NCBI GenBank assembly: GCA_963741945.1
Contig: CAVUKA010000008.1
Span: forward strand, 64,001 to 128,000
DNA length: 64,000 nucleotides
DNA from: an uncultured Gemmatimonadales bacterium
GTDB lineage: Bacteria; Gemmatimonadota; Gemmatimonadetes; Longimicrobiales; RSA9
Direction: 5' to 3'
The translations under genes were made by a program, and so were the position numbers. Below the pieces are notes generated by a model that worked only from the letters and a program-made list of their open reading frames with translations, was not told the DNA's origin and searched no databases. Of the stretch, positions 31,625-41,591 are shown piece after piece. How positions within the stretch are numbered: position 1 is the stretch's first letter; each line of letters opens with the position of its first letter.

Positions 31625-32506
31625 ATGGACCTCCTGGACCTGCTCCGCCCCGAGCACATCATCGTGCCGCTCAGGGCGGACGACCTGCGCGCGGCGGTGG
31701 AGCAGCTCGAGGCGCGGTTCGAGCAGACCGGCACCGTCGCTCCGTCGGAAGCGCTCCACCGACGGATCCGGACCGAACCGATACGCGAGGTGGTGGCCAT
31801 CAGCGAGGACGTGGTGCTGCCGCATTACCGCTCCGACGCGGTCAGTGGCCTCACTCTCGCCCTCGGCCTCGCTCCCGACGGGGTTCCCGCACGGGAGCCG
31901 GGGTTCGAGATCCGCCCCCGCGTCGTGGCCCTCATCCTCGCCCCCCTAGAGGCGGCGAGCTTCTATCTCCAGGCAACCTCCACCCTCGCACGCGTGCTCC
32001 GCTCGCCCGACATCGTGGACCGGCTCCTCGCGCAGCCGAACGCCGAGGCTATCCTGGCGCTCCCGGAGCTCCAGGACCTCCGTATCCAGCCGAGCCTCAC
32101 CGTGCGCGACGTCATGACCCACCGGATCCACTCCGTCCCGCCGGACGCCACCCTCAGGAGCACCCTCGACCTGATGCTCCGGCGCCGCCTGCAAGCCGTG
32201 CCCGTGGTCGGCAGCAAGGGGGAGGTCATGGGCATCGTCACCGAGGCCGACCTCATGCGAACGCTCCTGCCCAAGATCCCGCGCGCCGGCTCCGACGACC
32301 CCCACGCGGACGACCTCGCCGATCGCCCCGTCCGCAATGTCATGACCCGCTCCGTCCTCTGCGTCTCCGAAGACCTCGGCGTCAGTGAGGCCGCAAGCAT
32401 GATGATCAACAAGGATGTGGAGCAGGTCCCCGTGGTCCACGCCGGCGCCATCGCCGGCATGGTTTCCCGCGGGGACATCATCCGGAAGCTGTTCGGACGA
32501 ACCTGA
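31625..32506 (+). CDS. PTS EIIA (Fru/Ntr-like) domain fused to a CBS domain pair
   Basis: LLDLLRPEHI start and VVLPHYRS (cf. EIIA GVAIPH); C-half VRDVMT...VPVV...GIVTEADL and VRNVMT...VPVV...GMVSRGDII. Confidence 0.8.
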   Translation: MDLLDLLRPEHIIVPLRADDLRAAVEQLEARFEQTGTVAPSEALHRRIRTEPIREVVAISEDVVLPHYRSDAVSGLTLALGLAPDGVPAREPGFEIRPRVVALILAPLEAASFYLQATSTLARVLRSPDIVDRLLAQPNAEAILALPELQDLRIQPSLTVRDVMTHRIHSVPPDATLRSTLDLMLRRRLQAVPVVGSKGEVMGIVTEADLMRTLLPKIPRAGSDDPHADDLADRPVRNVMTRSVLCVSEDLGVSEAASMMINKDVEQVPVVHAGAIAGMVSRGDIIRKLFGRT

Positions 32507-32525
32507 ACCCTCTACCGCGAAGCCC

Positions 32526-32948
32526 ATGGATCAGACGCTCGCCATCATCAAGCCCGACGCCGTGGAGCGCGGCCTCACCGGCCGCATCCTTGCCCGCGTC
32601 GAGGAGGCCGGATTCCGTATCCGCGCCCTCCGTACCCTTCACCTGTCCGAGGCCCAGGCCCGGGAGTTCTATGCCGTCCATCGCGAGCGCCCGTTCTACG
32701 AGTCGCTGGTCACGTTCATGACATCCGGCCCCGTGGTTCCGGTTCTGCTCGAGCGCGAGGGCGCCGTGGCCGCCCTCCGCGACGTGATCGGCGCTACCGA
32801 CCCTGCGGAAGCGCGCGAGGGCACGGTTCGTGCCCTCTTCGCCGAGTCCAAGGAGCGGAACTCCATCCACGCCTCCGATGCTCCGGAGACGGCCGCGCGG
32901 GAGATCCGCTTCTTCTTCTCCGAGGCGGACGAGCTCGGCGCCCGTTGA
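32526..32948 (+). CDS. ndk: Nucleoside diphosphate kinase
   Basis: TLAIIKPDAV, FYAVHRERPF, IGATDP, NSIHASD. Confidence 0.97.
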   Translation: MDQTLAIIKPDAVERGLTGRILARVEEAGFRIRALRTLHLSEAQAREFYAVHRERPFYESLVTFMTSGPVVPVLLEREGAVAALRDVIGATDPAEAREGTVRALFAESKERNSIHASDAPETAAREIRFFFSEADELGAR

Positions 32949-32990
32949 CCCTGTCGGCTCGCTCGTTGCCGCGGCAACGGCAGCGTGACG

Positions 32991-33019
32991 TTGACACCCC
33001 GGTCCGATCTGGCAATCTT
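32991..33019 (+). promoter_or_regulatory. Putative sigma70 promoter of the yceD-rpmF-plsX-fab operon
   Basis: Perfect TTGACA at 32991 followed after 16-17 nt by a weak CAATCT/AATCTT -10. Confidence 0.5.
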
Positions 33020-33027
33020 TGCATGCT

Positions 33028-33534
33028 ATGCTTCTTGTCGACCTGAACCGGCTCGCGCGTGATGGCCGGGCCAGGATAGATGCGGACGTTCCGCGTGATG
33101 ACCCGTTCTGGGGCGGTCTCGAGCTGCGGCCCGAGACGCCGCTCGATGTGCGCCTGGAGGCGCAGCAGGCGGGTCCGGACGTGGTGGTCCGCGGACGGGT
33201 GGCCGGCGAGTTCCGGCTCGAATGCCGCCGCTGCCTCGAGCCGGTGGTGGCCGGCATCGACGAGGAGCTGGGGCTGCTGTTCCGGGCCGGCGACGTGGAC
33301 GCGGAGGAGCCGGAGGACGTTCTTCCGCTCCCCGACACGGCCACGCTGGACCTGGGCCCGGCGGTGCGGGAGCAGGTCTTGGTTGCAGTGCCGAAGTACG
33401 TGATCTGCCGTGAAGATTGTCGCGGGCTGTGTCCGAAGTGCGGGACCAACCTCAACGAGGGGACGTGCGAGTGCACGACCGAAGAGGTGGACGAGCGCTG
33501 GGCGCCGCTGCGTCGACTGAAGCGAGAGGACTAG
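33028..33534 (+). CDS. yceD: DUF177/YceD family protein
   Basis: [37 protein letters not shown]; canonical position upstream of rpmF. Confidence 0.9.
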   Translation: MLLVDLNRLARDGRARIDADVPRDDPFWGGLELRPETPLDVRLEAQQAGPDVVVRGRVAGEFRLECRRCLEPVVAGIDEELGLLFRAGDVDAEEPEDVLPLPDTATLDLGPAVREQVLVAVPKYVICREDCRGLCPKCGTNLNEGTCECTTEEVDERWAPLRRLKRED

Positions 33535-33547
33535 GAGGAAGGCGAAT

Positions 33548-33730
33548 ATGGCCGTACCGAAGAAGCGGACTTCGAAGCAGCGGAAGCACAAGCGGCGGAC
33601 GCACCACAAGGCGCCCGTCCCGACGCTGTCGGCATGTCCGAACTGTGGAGATCCGAAGCTGTCGCATCGGGTCTGCCCGACGTGTGGGACTTACAAGGGC
33701 GAGCAGGTCATCGAGGTCGAAGAGCTCTAA
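33548..33730 (+). CDS. rpmF: 50S ribosomal protein L32 (zinc-binding type)
   Basis: [15 protein letters not shown]...[21 protein letters not shown]. Confidence 0.97.
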   Translation: MAVPKKRTSKQRKHKRRTHHKAPVPTLSACPNCGDPKLSHRVCPTCGTYKGEQVIEVEEL

Positions 33731-33745
33731 CGGGAGGGGCCGGCG

Positions 33746-34732
33746 TTGCGCATCGCGGTAGACGCCATGGGCACGGACCGTCACCCGGCGGTCGAAGTGG
33801 AAGGCTCTATCGAAGCGCTGCGGGCACTTCCGGACGACTTTCAGCTCGTACTGGTGGGAGACGGGGACCTTCTCCACCGCGAGCTGAAGCGGCTCGGGGA
33901 GGCGGAAACCGAGCGCCTCGAGGTGGTCCATGCTTCGGAGCGCATCGACCCCCACGAGGGTCCGGCCACGGCGGTTCGCCGCAAGCCGGATTCCTCCATC
34001 GTGCGCGGGCTCAACCTGCAGAAGGAAGGGCAGGCGGACGCGTTCGTGAGCGCGGGCTCCACGGGAGCCGTCATGGCAGCCTCGCTGTTCATTCTCAGGC
34101 CGTTGCCGGGAGTGGACCGCCCCGCGATCGCCACGCTCCTGCCCACGTCCACGGGGCCAATGGTGATGCTGGACGCGGGGGCGAACGTGGATTGCCGACC
34201 CGACCATCTGGTGCAGTTCGCGCGACTCGGTATCGTGTACGCCCGGGACGTGCTGGGACGGGAGCATCCCCGGGTGGGCCTCCTGAACATCGGCGAGGAG
34301 CCGGAAAAGGGGAACGAGCTGGCGGTGGAGACGCACCGCCGCCTGCAGGAGAGCGGCCTCCACTTCGTCGGGAATGTTGAAGGCCGCGAGATCATTGCGG
34401 GCGCGTGCGATGTCCTGGTGACGGATGGCTTCGTGGGTAACGTCCTGTTGAAGTTCTACGAGAGCGTGGCCGGTTTCGTGTTCGGGCTGCTGCGTCGAGA
34501 GCTGGGGGATCCGGCGGCGGGGGCGAACCTCGGACGGGTCACCCGGATCCTGGACTACGCGGAGTATGGTGGCGCACCGCTGCTGGGCGTGAACGGGATC
34601 TCCATCATCTGCCACGGCGGCTCCCCCCCGCGTGCCATCACGAACGCGATCCGGGTGGCCGTCACGGCATCGAACGCACACATGGTCGGCCACATCCGTG
34701 AGGAGGTTGGCATCCACCCGGGCGGCGCATGA
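33746..34732 (+). CDS. plsX: Phosphate acyltransferase
   Basis: IAVDAMGTD, SAGSTGA, RPAI, LDAGAN, LLNIGEEPEKG, GNVEG, TDGFVGN, GGAPLLGV; TTG start after GGAGG. Confidence 0.96.
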   Translation: MRIAVDAMGTDRHPAVEVEGSIEALRALPDDFQLVLVGDGDLLHRELKRLGEAETERLEVVHASERIDPHEGPATAVRRKPDSSIVRGLNLQKEGQADAFVSAGSTGAVMAASLFILRPLPGVDRPAIATLLPTSTGPMVMLDAGANVDCRPDHLVQFARLGIVYARDVLGREHPRVGLLNIGEEPEKGNELAVETHRRLQESGLHFVGNVEGREIIAGACDVLVTDGFVGNVLLKFYESVAGFVFGLLRRELGDPAAGANLGRVTRILDYAEYGGAPLLGVNGISIICHGGSPPRAITNAIRVAVTASNAHMVGHIREEVGIHPGGA

Positions 34733-35721
34733 AAGTACCGAAACCGGTCGTCGAGATCGTGGCGACGGGACGTTGCCTCCCCGACCGGGTGGTGACGAAC
34801 CACGATCTGGAGAAGGAGCTGGACACCTCCGACGCCTGGATCCGCGAGCGAACCGGAATCGTCGAGCGACGGATCGCCGGGGACGACGTGGGCGCCGCTG
34901 ACATGGCGGCGGACGCGGCCCGCATCGCCATGGAGCGAGCGGGCGTGCACCCGGGTGAGATCGACGTCATCGTGCTCTCCACGGCCACACCGGACCGGCT
35001 GCTCCCTTCCACGGCCTGCGACCTCCAGGCGCTGCTTGGTGCCAAGAACGCGGCCGCGTATGACATCGCTGCGGCCTGCTCCGGCTTCATCTACGCCCTC
35101 TCCATCGCGGAAGGCCACCTGGCCGCCAACCGTGCCGAGATCGCTCTCGTGGTCTCCACGGAGAAGATGAGCTCGATCGTGGACTGGGGAGATCGCTCCA
35201 CGGCCGTGCTGTTCGGCGACGGCGCGGGAGCGGCAGTGGTGAAGCGATCCGAGAACGGGCGTGGCCTGATTTCCAGCTTCATCCGCTCCGATGGCACGCT
35301 GGCGGAGCTGCTCTGGCGTCCGGGCGGCGGCGGGCGTATGCCCATGGACATGGCGGTGCTCGATGAGCGCAACCACCTCGTGAAGATGGCCGGGCGGGAA
35401 GTCTTCAAGGCGGCCGTACGCTCGATGGCGGAAGCCGCCGACCAGGCGCTGCTCCGCGCCGGCCTGACGGGGGACGATATCGACCTCTTCATCCCGCACC
35501 AGGCGAATACGCGGATCATTGAAGCCACCGCCCGGTACGCCAACGTGCCGATGGAGAAGGTCTACGTGAACGTGGACCGCTACGGGAACATGAGCTCGGC
35601 CACCATTCCCGTGGCGCTGGACGAGGCGCTGGAGCAGGGGCGGCTCAAGCGCGGCGACCGCGTCCTCATGGCGGCGTTCGGCGCCGGCTTCACCTGGGCT
35701 TCGGCGGTCCTCCAGTGGTAG
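34729..35721 (+). CDS. fabH: 3-oxoacyl-ACP synthase III
   Basis: DTSDAWIRERTGI, AACSGF, FGDGAGA, PHQAN, YGNMSSA, AFGAGFTW. Confidence 0.96.
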   Translation: MKVPKPVVEIVATGRCLPDRVVTNHDLEKELDTSDAWIRERTGIVERRIAGDDVGAADMAADAARIAMERAGVHPGEIDVIVLSTATPDRLLPSTACDLQALLGAKNAAAYDIAAACSGFIYALSIAEGHLAANRAEIALVVSTEKMSSIVDWGDRSTAVLFGDGAGAAVVKRSENGRGLISSFIRSDGTLAELLWRPGGGGRMPMDMAVLDERNHLVKMAGREVFKAAVRSMAEAADQALLRAGLTGDDIDLFIPHQANTRIIEATARYANVPMEKVYVNVDRYGNMSSATIPVALDEALEQGRLKRGDRVLMAAFGAGFTWASAVLQW

Positions 35722-36638
35722 CGCTGCTCCTGCCCGGCCAGGGCGCCCAGCACGTGGGCATGGGGCGTGAGCTGGCGGAAGCGTTCCCGGCCGCCCGCGA
35801 CGTGTTCGAGCGCGCCGACACCGCCCTCGGCGTCGACCTGTCACGGACCATGTGGGAGGGGCCGGAGGAGGAGCTCACGGCCACGCACAACGCGCAGCCC
35901 GCCATCCTCACCCACAGCGTGGCCGTCCACGCCGTAGTGCGCGACCGGCTGAGCGGGGTCCGGTTCGCCGCCGGCCACTCGCTGGGTGAGTTCAGCGCCT
36001 ACGTGGCGGCAGGATCGCTCTCGTTCGAGCGGGCGGTGCGCGCGGTCCGGCGACGGGGAGAGCTCATGTACGAAGCCGGCCTGTCGCGCCCGGGGACCAT
36101 GGCCGCCATCCTGGGCCTCGAAGATGACCTCCTCGAGGACGTCTGCCGCCGCGCTTCGCGGGACGGTGGCGCGTGCGTCCCCGCCAACTTCAACGCGCCC
36201 GGCCAGACGGTGATCAGTGGGGATGCACCGGCGATCCAGCGCGCGCTCACGCTGGCGAAGGCGGCGGGCGCCCGGAGGGCGCTGCCGCTGAACGTGTCCG
36301 GCGCGTTCCATTCCCCACTCATGGAAGTGGCGGAAGCGGGACTGCGCGAGCACCTCGAGGCGGTTCCGTTCGGGGACCCTTTGTTCCCGGTGGTCTCGAA
36401 CGTGACGGCGCAGCCGGTGACCGATGGGGCGGACGCGCGACGCCTGCTCGTGGAGCAGCTCACGTCCCCCGTTCGCTGGGCCGCGTCCATGCGCGCCATG
36501 CTCGACGCCGGTGTCTCCAGGTTCCTCGAGCTCGGCCCCGGCTCCGTGCTGGCCGGCCTGATGAAGCGAATCGATCGTGCCGCCGAGGTCGTGAGCCTCG
36601 GCACGGCAGCCGACGTGAACGCGTTTCTGGAAGGCTGA
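35715..36638 (+). CDS. fabD: Malonyl-CoA:ACP transacylase
   Basis: PGQGAQ, AQPAI, GHSLGE, VSGAFHS, SPVRW, ELGPG. Confidence 0.96.
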   Translation: MVALLLPGQGAQHVGMGRELAEAFPAARDVFERADTALGVDLSRTMWEGPEEELTATHNAQPAILTHSVAVHAVVRDRLSGVRFAAGHSLGEFSAYVAAGSLSFERAVRAVRRRGELMYEAGLSRPGTMAAILGLEDDLLEDVCRRASRDGGACVPANFNAPGQTVISGDAPAIQRALTLAKAAGARRALPLNVSGAFHSPLMEVAEAGLREHLEAVPFGDPLFPVVSNVTAQPVTDGADARRLLVEQLTSPVRWAASMRAMLDAGVSRFLELGPGSVLAGLMKRIDRAAEVVSLGTAADVNAFLEG

Positions 36639-36639
36639 G

Positions 36640-37383
36640 ATGACGGAGCGAAGGCTGGACGGGCGGGTCGCGATCGTCACCGGCGGCAGCCGCGGCATCG
36701 GTCGTGTGCTGGCGCGTCGGCTTGCAGAGGAAGGGGCGACGGTGGTTGTCACCGCGCGCTCGGCAGAAGCCGCGGCATCGGCCGCCGCGACGCTTCCGGG
36801 AACCGGCCATCTCGGGCTGGCCTGCGACGTTTCCGACCGCGAGGCGGTCGACGCGCTGGCGAAGCGGGTCGAATCGGAGCTGGGCGGGATCGACGTGCTG
36901 GTGAACAACGCGGGCGTCACGGCGGACAATATCATGCTCCGCCTCGATGACGAGGACTGGGATCGCGTTCTGGACACGAATCTCAAGGGCGCGTTCCTGA
37001 TGATCCGGGCGGTGGCGAGGGGAATGATGAAGCGGCGGAGCGGCCGGATCATCAACATCAGTAGCGTGGTCGGCTTGACCGGGAACCGGGGACAGGTAAA
37101 CTACGCAGCGTCGAAGGCCGGTCTCATCGGGCTCACGAAGTCCGTGGCGAAGGAGTTGGCGTCCCGGAACGTGCTGTGCAACGCCGTGGCGCCCGGCTTC
37201 ATCGAGACCGACATGACGTCCGCACTGACGGACGTGGCGCGGGAGTCGCTGCAGCAGCGGATCGCGCTCGGGCGACTGGGCTCGCCGGAGGACGTGGCGG
37301 GCGTGGTGGCGTTTCTGGCGGGACCGGACGCGGACTACATCACCGGTCAGGTGATCGTGGTCGATGGCGGCATGGTCATCTGA
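36640..37383 (+). CDS. fabG: 3-oxoacyl-ACP reductase
   Basis: [36 protein letters not shown]. Confidence 0.96.
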   Translation: MTERRLDGRVAIVTGGSRGIGRVLARRLAEEGATVVVTARSAEAAASAAATLPGTGHLGLACDVSDREAVDALAKRVESELGGIDVLVNNAGVTADNIMLRLDDEDWDRVLDTNLKGAFLMIRAVARGMMKRRSGRIINISSVVGLTGNRGQVNYAASKAGLIGLTKSVAKELASRNVLCNAVAPGFIETDMTSALTDVARESLQQRIALGRLGSPEDVAGVVAFLAGPDADYITGQVIVVDGGMVI

Positions 37384-37409
37384 AGGTACACCCACACAGA
37401 GAGGACAGG

Positions 37410-37649
37410 ATGGCGGAGAACACTGAGGCGAGAGTCCGGGAGATCATCGTCAACGAGCTGGGCGTCGAGGCGGAGAAGGTGACGCCGGAAGCATCGTTCG
37501 TGGAGGATCTCGGCGCGGACTCGCTGGACACGGTCGAGCTGGTCATGGCCTTCGAGGAGGAGTTCGGGATGGAGATCCCGGACGAGGACGCGGAGCAGCT
37601 CCAGACGGTGGGCGACGCCATCAAGTACATCGAGGCGCACAAGGAGTAG
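37410..37649 (+). CDS. acpP: Acyl carrier protein
   Basis: [20 protein letters not shown]. Confidence 0.97.
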   Translation: MAENTEARVREIIVNELGVEAEKVTPEASFVEDLGADSLDTVELVMAFEEEFGMEIPDEDAEQLQTVGDAIKYIEAHKE

Positions 37650-37666
37650 GGTCGCTGGAGTCGCAC

Positions 37667-38935
37667 ATGGATACCCGCACCCCCACGGGCCACCGCGTGG
37701 TGATCACCGGGCTCGGCCTGGTGACGCCCGTCGGCAATGACGTAGAGACGGCATGGAGCGCGTTGTTGGCGGGCACCAGCGGCGCCGGGCCGATCACGCA
37801 GTTCGAGGCGGATGAGCGCTTCGACGTGCGCTTCGCCTGCGAGGTGAAGGGCTTCGATCCGGAGGAGTACATGGATCGCAAGGAAGCCCGGCGCGCGGAT
37901 CGGTTCGCTCAGCTCGCCATGGCGGTGGCCCAGCAGGCGGTAGACCACGCCGGCCTCGGCGGCGACCTCTCGCCCGCCGACCCGAAGCGGGTGGGCGTGA
38001 TCATCGGGAGCGGGATCGGCGGGATCGCCACGTTCGAGGACCAGACGCGGGTGATGCTGGAGCGGGGGCCCCGTCGGGTGAGCCCGTTCTTCGTGCCGAT
38101 GTTCATTCCGGACATGGCTGCGGGGCTGGTCTCCATGCGCTTTGGCGCGCGGGGCCCGAACTACGCCACCGTGTCGGCGTGCTCGTCGAGCGGGCACGCC
38201 CTGGGCAACTCCTTCCGCCTCATCCAGGAAGGGCACGTCGACGTCATGATCTCGGGCGGCACCGAGGCCACGGTGAGTCCGCTGGCGATTGCGGGCTTTT
38301 CCAACATGAAGGCGCTCTCCACCCGCAACGATTCGCCCGGGACGGCCAGCCGACCGTTCGATGCGACGCGCGATGGCTTCGTCCTCGGGGAGGGCGCTGG
38401 CGCCGTGATCCTGGAGTCGCTGGAGCACGCGCTGGATCGCGGAGCGGAGATCGTCGCTGAAATGGTCGGGTTCGGACAGAGCGCCGACGCCTATCACATC
38501 ACCGCCCCCGCGCCCGAGGGGGCGGGGGCGCAGCTGGCCATGCGCGATGCGCTCGGCGACGCCGGGCTCGAGCCAGGCGACATCGGCTACATCAACGCCC
38601 ATGGCACCTCGACCCCCGCCAACGACCTCAACGAGACGCTGGCCGTGAAAGCGGTGTTCGGAGACGCCGCCAGACGCGTGGTGGTGGGATCCACGAAGTC
38701 CATGACCGGCCACCTGCTGGGCGCCGCCGGGGGTGTGGAGGCGATCATCACCTCGCTCGTGCTGCGGGAGGGGCGGATTCCGCCCACGATCAACTTCTCC
38801 ACCCCGGACCCGGCCTGTGACCTGGATTACGCGCACAACGAGCTCCGCGAGAAGGCGGTCAATGCCGCGCTGAGCAACTCGTTCGGGTTCGGCGGCCACA
38901 ACGTGTGCCTGGCGCTGCGCCGATGGGAGGAATAG
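37667..38935 (+). CDS. fabF: 3-oxoacyl-ACP synthase II
   Basis: [60 protein letters not shown]. Confidence 0.97.
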   Translation: MDTRTPTGHRVVITGLGLVTPVGNDVETAWSALLAGTSGAGPITQFEADERFDVRFACEVKGFDPEEYMDRKEARRADRFAQLAMAVAQQAVDHAGLGGDLSPADPKRVGVIIGSGIGGIATFEDQTRVMLERGPRRVSPFFVPMFIPDMAAGLVSMRFGARGPNYATVSACSSSGHALGNSFRLIQEGHVDVMISGGTEATVSPLAIAGFSNMKALSTRNDSPGTASRPFDATRDGFVLGEGAGAVILESLEHALDRGAEIVAEMVGFGQSADAYHITAPAPEGAGAQLAMRDALGDAGLEPGDIGYINAHGTSTPANDLNETLAVKAVFGDAARRVVVGSTKSMTGHLLGAAGGVEAIITSLVLREGRIPPTINFSTPDPACDLDYAHNELREKAVNAALSNSFGFGGHNVCLALRRWEE

Positions 38936-38972
38936 GGCCGGGGCCGGGCAGCGACGCCGGGAGTGGCGGTGG

Positions 38973-39006
38973 ACCGGGAGCGAAGCCGTCGCTCCCGGTT
39001 TCTTTT
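38973..39006 (+). terminator. Probable intrinsic terminator after fabF
   Basis: ACCGGGAGCGA-agccg-TCGCTCCCGGT (11-bp stem) followed by TTCTTTT. Confidence 0.8.
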
Positions 39007-39016
39007 GGGAGGTGAC

Positions 39017-39490
39017 ATGCGCACAGGCATCGGCTACGACTCGCACCGCTTCGTGGAAGGCCGGCCTCTCGTGCTGGCCGGGGAGCGCATTCCGCACGAC
39101 CGTGGACTCGCGGGTCACTCCGATGCGGACGCGGTCGCGCACGCCGTGACGGACGCCGTGCTGGGCGCGGCGGCCATGGGCGACATTGGCTCGCATTTTC
39201 CCGCGGACGACGAGCGCTGGCGCGATGCCGATTCCATGGCCATGCTTCGCCAGGCGGTGCAATGGCTCGAGGATCGGGGCTGTGCGGTCGTGAACGTCAA
39301 TGTCACCGTGCTGTGCGAGCTGCCGAAGATCGCCCCCTACGTGCCGGCCATGCGCGCGCGGCTGGCCGATGCTCTGGCGGTGGAATCCGGCGCCGTTTCG
39401 ATCAAGGGCAAGACCAACGAGGGAATGGGCTGGATCGGCCGCGGTGAGGGGGTCGCCGCCCTGGCCGTTGCGACGATCCGGTGCCACTAG
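39017..39490 (+). CDS. ispF: 2-C-methyl-D-erythritol 2,4-cyclodiphosphate synthase
   Basis: RTGIGYDSHRF, GHSDADAVAHAVTDA, GDIGSHFP, KGKTNEGMG. Confidence 0.96.
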   Translation: MRTGIGYDSHRFVEGRPLVLAGERIPHDRGLAGHSDADAVAHAVTDAVLGAAAMGDIGSHFPADDERWRDADSMAMLRQAVQWLEDRGCAVVNVNVTVLCELPKIAPYVPAMRARLADALAVESGAVSIKGKTNEGMGWIGRGEGVAALAVATIRCH

Positions 39491-39499
39491 GAAGTCGAC

Positions 39500-40123
39500 G
39501 TGGACCTCTTGCAGGAGGTGCTCGGAACGCTCGCCGCCCTCCCCGGCTGGCTCATCTACGTCATCCTGGGCGTCGGCGCCGCCACGGAGAACATCGTGCC
39601 GCCCGTCCCCGCGGATACCTTCGTCCTGGTGGGGGCTCTCCTCTCCACCGGCGGCGCGGCCAACGTCTGGATCGTGTTCCTGGTCACGTGGCTCTCCAAC
39701 GTGGTGTCCGCCATCGCGGTCTACGCACTCGCACGGCGCTACGGACGCGCCTTCTTCAAGATGCCGGTGGCGCGGTGGCTCCTCCGCGAGCACCAGCTCG
39801 AGGGGATCAAGGCGTTCTATCTTCGCCTCGGGATCCCGGCCATCTTCTTCAGTCGCTTTCTGCCTGCCTTCCGCGCCATGGCCCCGGTCTTCGCCGGCGT
39901 CTCCCGGATGCGGGCGATCTGGGTCATCCCGCCGATCATCCTGGCCTCCGGGCTCTGGTATGGGTTCCTGGTCTATCTCGGCGCCTTCATGGGGCACAAC
40001 CTCGGGGCTATCGCCCGGATCTTCGGCCGCATCAACAACATTCTCCTCTGGGCCGCGCTGGTCGTCATCGCGGCCGTGGCGATCTGGTGGTGGCGCACCC
40101 GCCGTCACCCGGCGGAGCGATGA
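39500..40123 (+). CDS. DedA family membrane protein
   Basis: ENIVPPVPAD, YALARRYG, FFSRFLPAFR...AGVSRM. Confidence 0.9.
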   Translation: MDLLQEVLGTLAALPGWLIYVILGVGAATENIVPPVPADTFVLVGALLSTGGAANVWIVFLVTWLSNVVSAIAVYALARRYGRAFFKMPVARWLLREHQLEGIKAFYLRLGIPAIFFSRFLPAFRAMAPVFAGVSRMRAIWVIPPIILASGLWYGFLVYLGAFMGHNLGAIARIFGRINNILLWAALVVIAAVAIWWWRTRRHPAER

Positions 40124-41013
40124 GCTTCCACACCGAGCAGTTCCACGATTACCTCGCGTTCGAGCGGGGCCTCAGCCCCCGTACGCTCGACGCATACGCC
40201 CGCGACATCACGCGGCTGCAGGAGTTCCTGGAGTCTCGCGCCATCCATGATCCCGGCCGCGCCTCCCCCACCGACCTGCGCGAGTTCACCTACCACCTTC
40301 GAGATCAGGGGCTGGCGCCGACTTCGATCCGCAGAGCGCTTTCGGCGATTCGGACGTACTTCGCGTTCCTGCTCACCGAACAGCTCGTGGAGAGCGATCC
40401 GACCGAGCAGATCGAATCACCGAAGATCTGGCGCAGGCTGCCGGAAGTGCTGACCCGGGAGGAGATCGAGCGGCTCATGGTCGCGCCGGACCCCGGAGAC
40501 CGGTACTTCTTCCGCGACCGCGCCATGCTGGAGCTGGCCTATGCATCCGGTGTTCGTGTGAGTGAGCTGATCGGCCTGAACGTGCGGGACGTGGATCTCG
40601 AGGAGGGGCTCGCCGCGGTGTACGGGAAGGGGCGCAAGGAGCGCCTCGTGCCCGTGGGCGGCGTCGCGATCCGGGCGATCCGCACCTACCTGCGGGAGCT
40701 GCGCCCCCGGCTGGAGGCGGGGCGGGGCAGGGGGAGCGGCGCGCTCTTCCTCAATGGCCGGGGCGGATCGCTGTCCCGCATGGGCGTGTGGAAGATCCTG
40801 CGCAAGCACGTGGAGCGGGCGGGGATCGAGCGGCGGGTCACGCCGCACACGCTGCGGCATACGTTCGCCACGCACCTTCTCGAGGGTGGTGCGGACCTGG
40901 CATCGGTCCAGGAAATGCTCGGGCACGCGGACATCGCCACTACCCAGATTTACACGCATGTGGATCGAGACTATCTCAGAGACGTCCACCGGCGCTATCA
41001 TCCCCGGGCATGA
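40120..41013 (+). CDS. xerD: Site-specific tyrosine recombinase XerD
   Basis: ERGLSPRTLDAYARD, RDRAMLELAYASGVRVSEL, GKGRKERLVP, TPHTLRHTFATHLLEGGADL, MLGHADIATTQIYTHV. Confidence 0.93.
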   Translation: MSFHTEQFHDYLAFERGLSPRTLDAYARDITRLQEFLESRAIHDPGRASPTDLREFTYHLRDQGLAPTSIRRALSAIRTYFAFLLTEQLVESDPTEQIESPKIWRRLPEVLTREEIERLMVAPDPGDRYFFRDRAMLELAYASGVRVSELIGLNVRDVDLEEGLAAVYGKGRKERLVPVGGVAIRAIRTYLRELRPRLEAGRGRGSGALFLNGRGGSLSRMGVWKILRKHVERAGIERRVTPHTLRHTFATHLLEGGADLASVQEMLGHADIATTQIYTHVDRDYLRDVHRRYHPRA

Positions 41014-41591
41014 TCCTCGTCATCGACAATTACGACTCGTTCACCTTCAATCTCGTCCAGCTCCTGGGCGGGCTGGGCGCGGGTGTGGTCGTACGGCGCA
41101 ACGACGAGATGGAGATGGACGACATCGCCACCCTCGCGCCCGCGGGCATCGTCCTGTCGCCGGGCCCCGGCACGCCCACCGACGCGGGCATCACCGTGGA
41201 GACGGTACGCCGCTTCGGGGCCCGGACGCCGGTGCTTGGCGTCTGCCTCGGGCACCAGGCCATCGGTGCGGCCTACGGCGCCCGCGTGGTACGGGCGCGA
41301 CGACTCATGCACGGCAAGACGTCCCCCGTGGCGCACGATGGCCGCGGACTCTTCGACGGCGTGCGCTCGCCCGTTTCGATGATGCGATATCATTCCCTGG
41401 TCCTCGCTCCCGACTCCATCCCCGACTCCCTCGAGGTGGTGGCGTGGACGGACGAGCCCGGCTGGCGGGATGAGGTCCAGGCCATCCGGCACCGCACGCA
41501 TCCGGTCTGGGGCGTTCAGTTCCACCCGGAGTCGGTGGCCAGTGAGGCAGGAGAGCGGATGATCCGGAACTTCCTGGAGCTGACGACGTGA
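41010..41591 (+). CDS. Aminodeoxychorismate/anthranilate synthase component II (glutamine amidotransferase, PabA/TrpG)
   Basis: MILVIDNYDSFTFNL, SPGPG, GVCLGHQ, MHGKTS, RYHSL, GVQFHPES. Confidence 0.93.
   Translation: MILVIDNYDSFTFNLVQLLGGLGAGVVVRRNDEMEMDDIATLAPAGIVLSPGPGTPTDAGITVETVRRFGARTPVLGVCLGHQAIGAAYGARVVRARRLMHGKTSPVAHDGRGLFDGVRSPVSMMRYHSLVLAPDSIPDSLEVVAWTDEPGWRDEVQAIRHRTHPVWGVQFHPESVASEAGERMIRNFLELTT

Noticed and set aside
33010..33027. TGGCAATCTTTGC as a sigma54 promoter
   Set aside because: GG-to-GC spacing is 8 or 12 nt, not the required 10; a sigma70 TTGACA lies upstream
33746..38935. fab cluster as a type II polyketide or specialised lipid cluster
   Set aside because: Canonical plsX-fabH-fabD-fabG-acpP-fabF order with a single ACP and no chain-length factor or tailoring enzymes
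40120..41013. Tyrosine recombinase as a phage or island integrase
   Set aside because: Sequence and size match housekeeping XerD; it is translationally coupled inside a core operon with no att repeats, tRNA or mobile cargo
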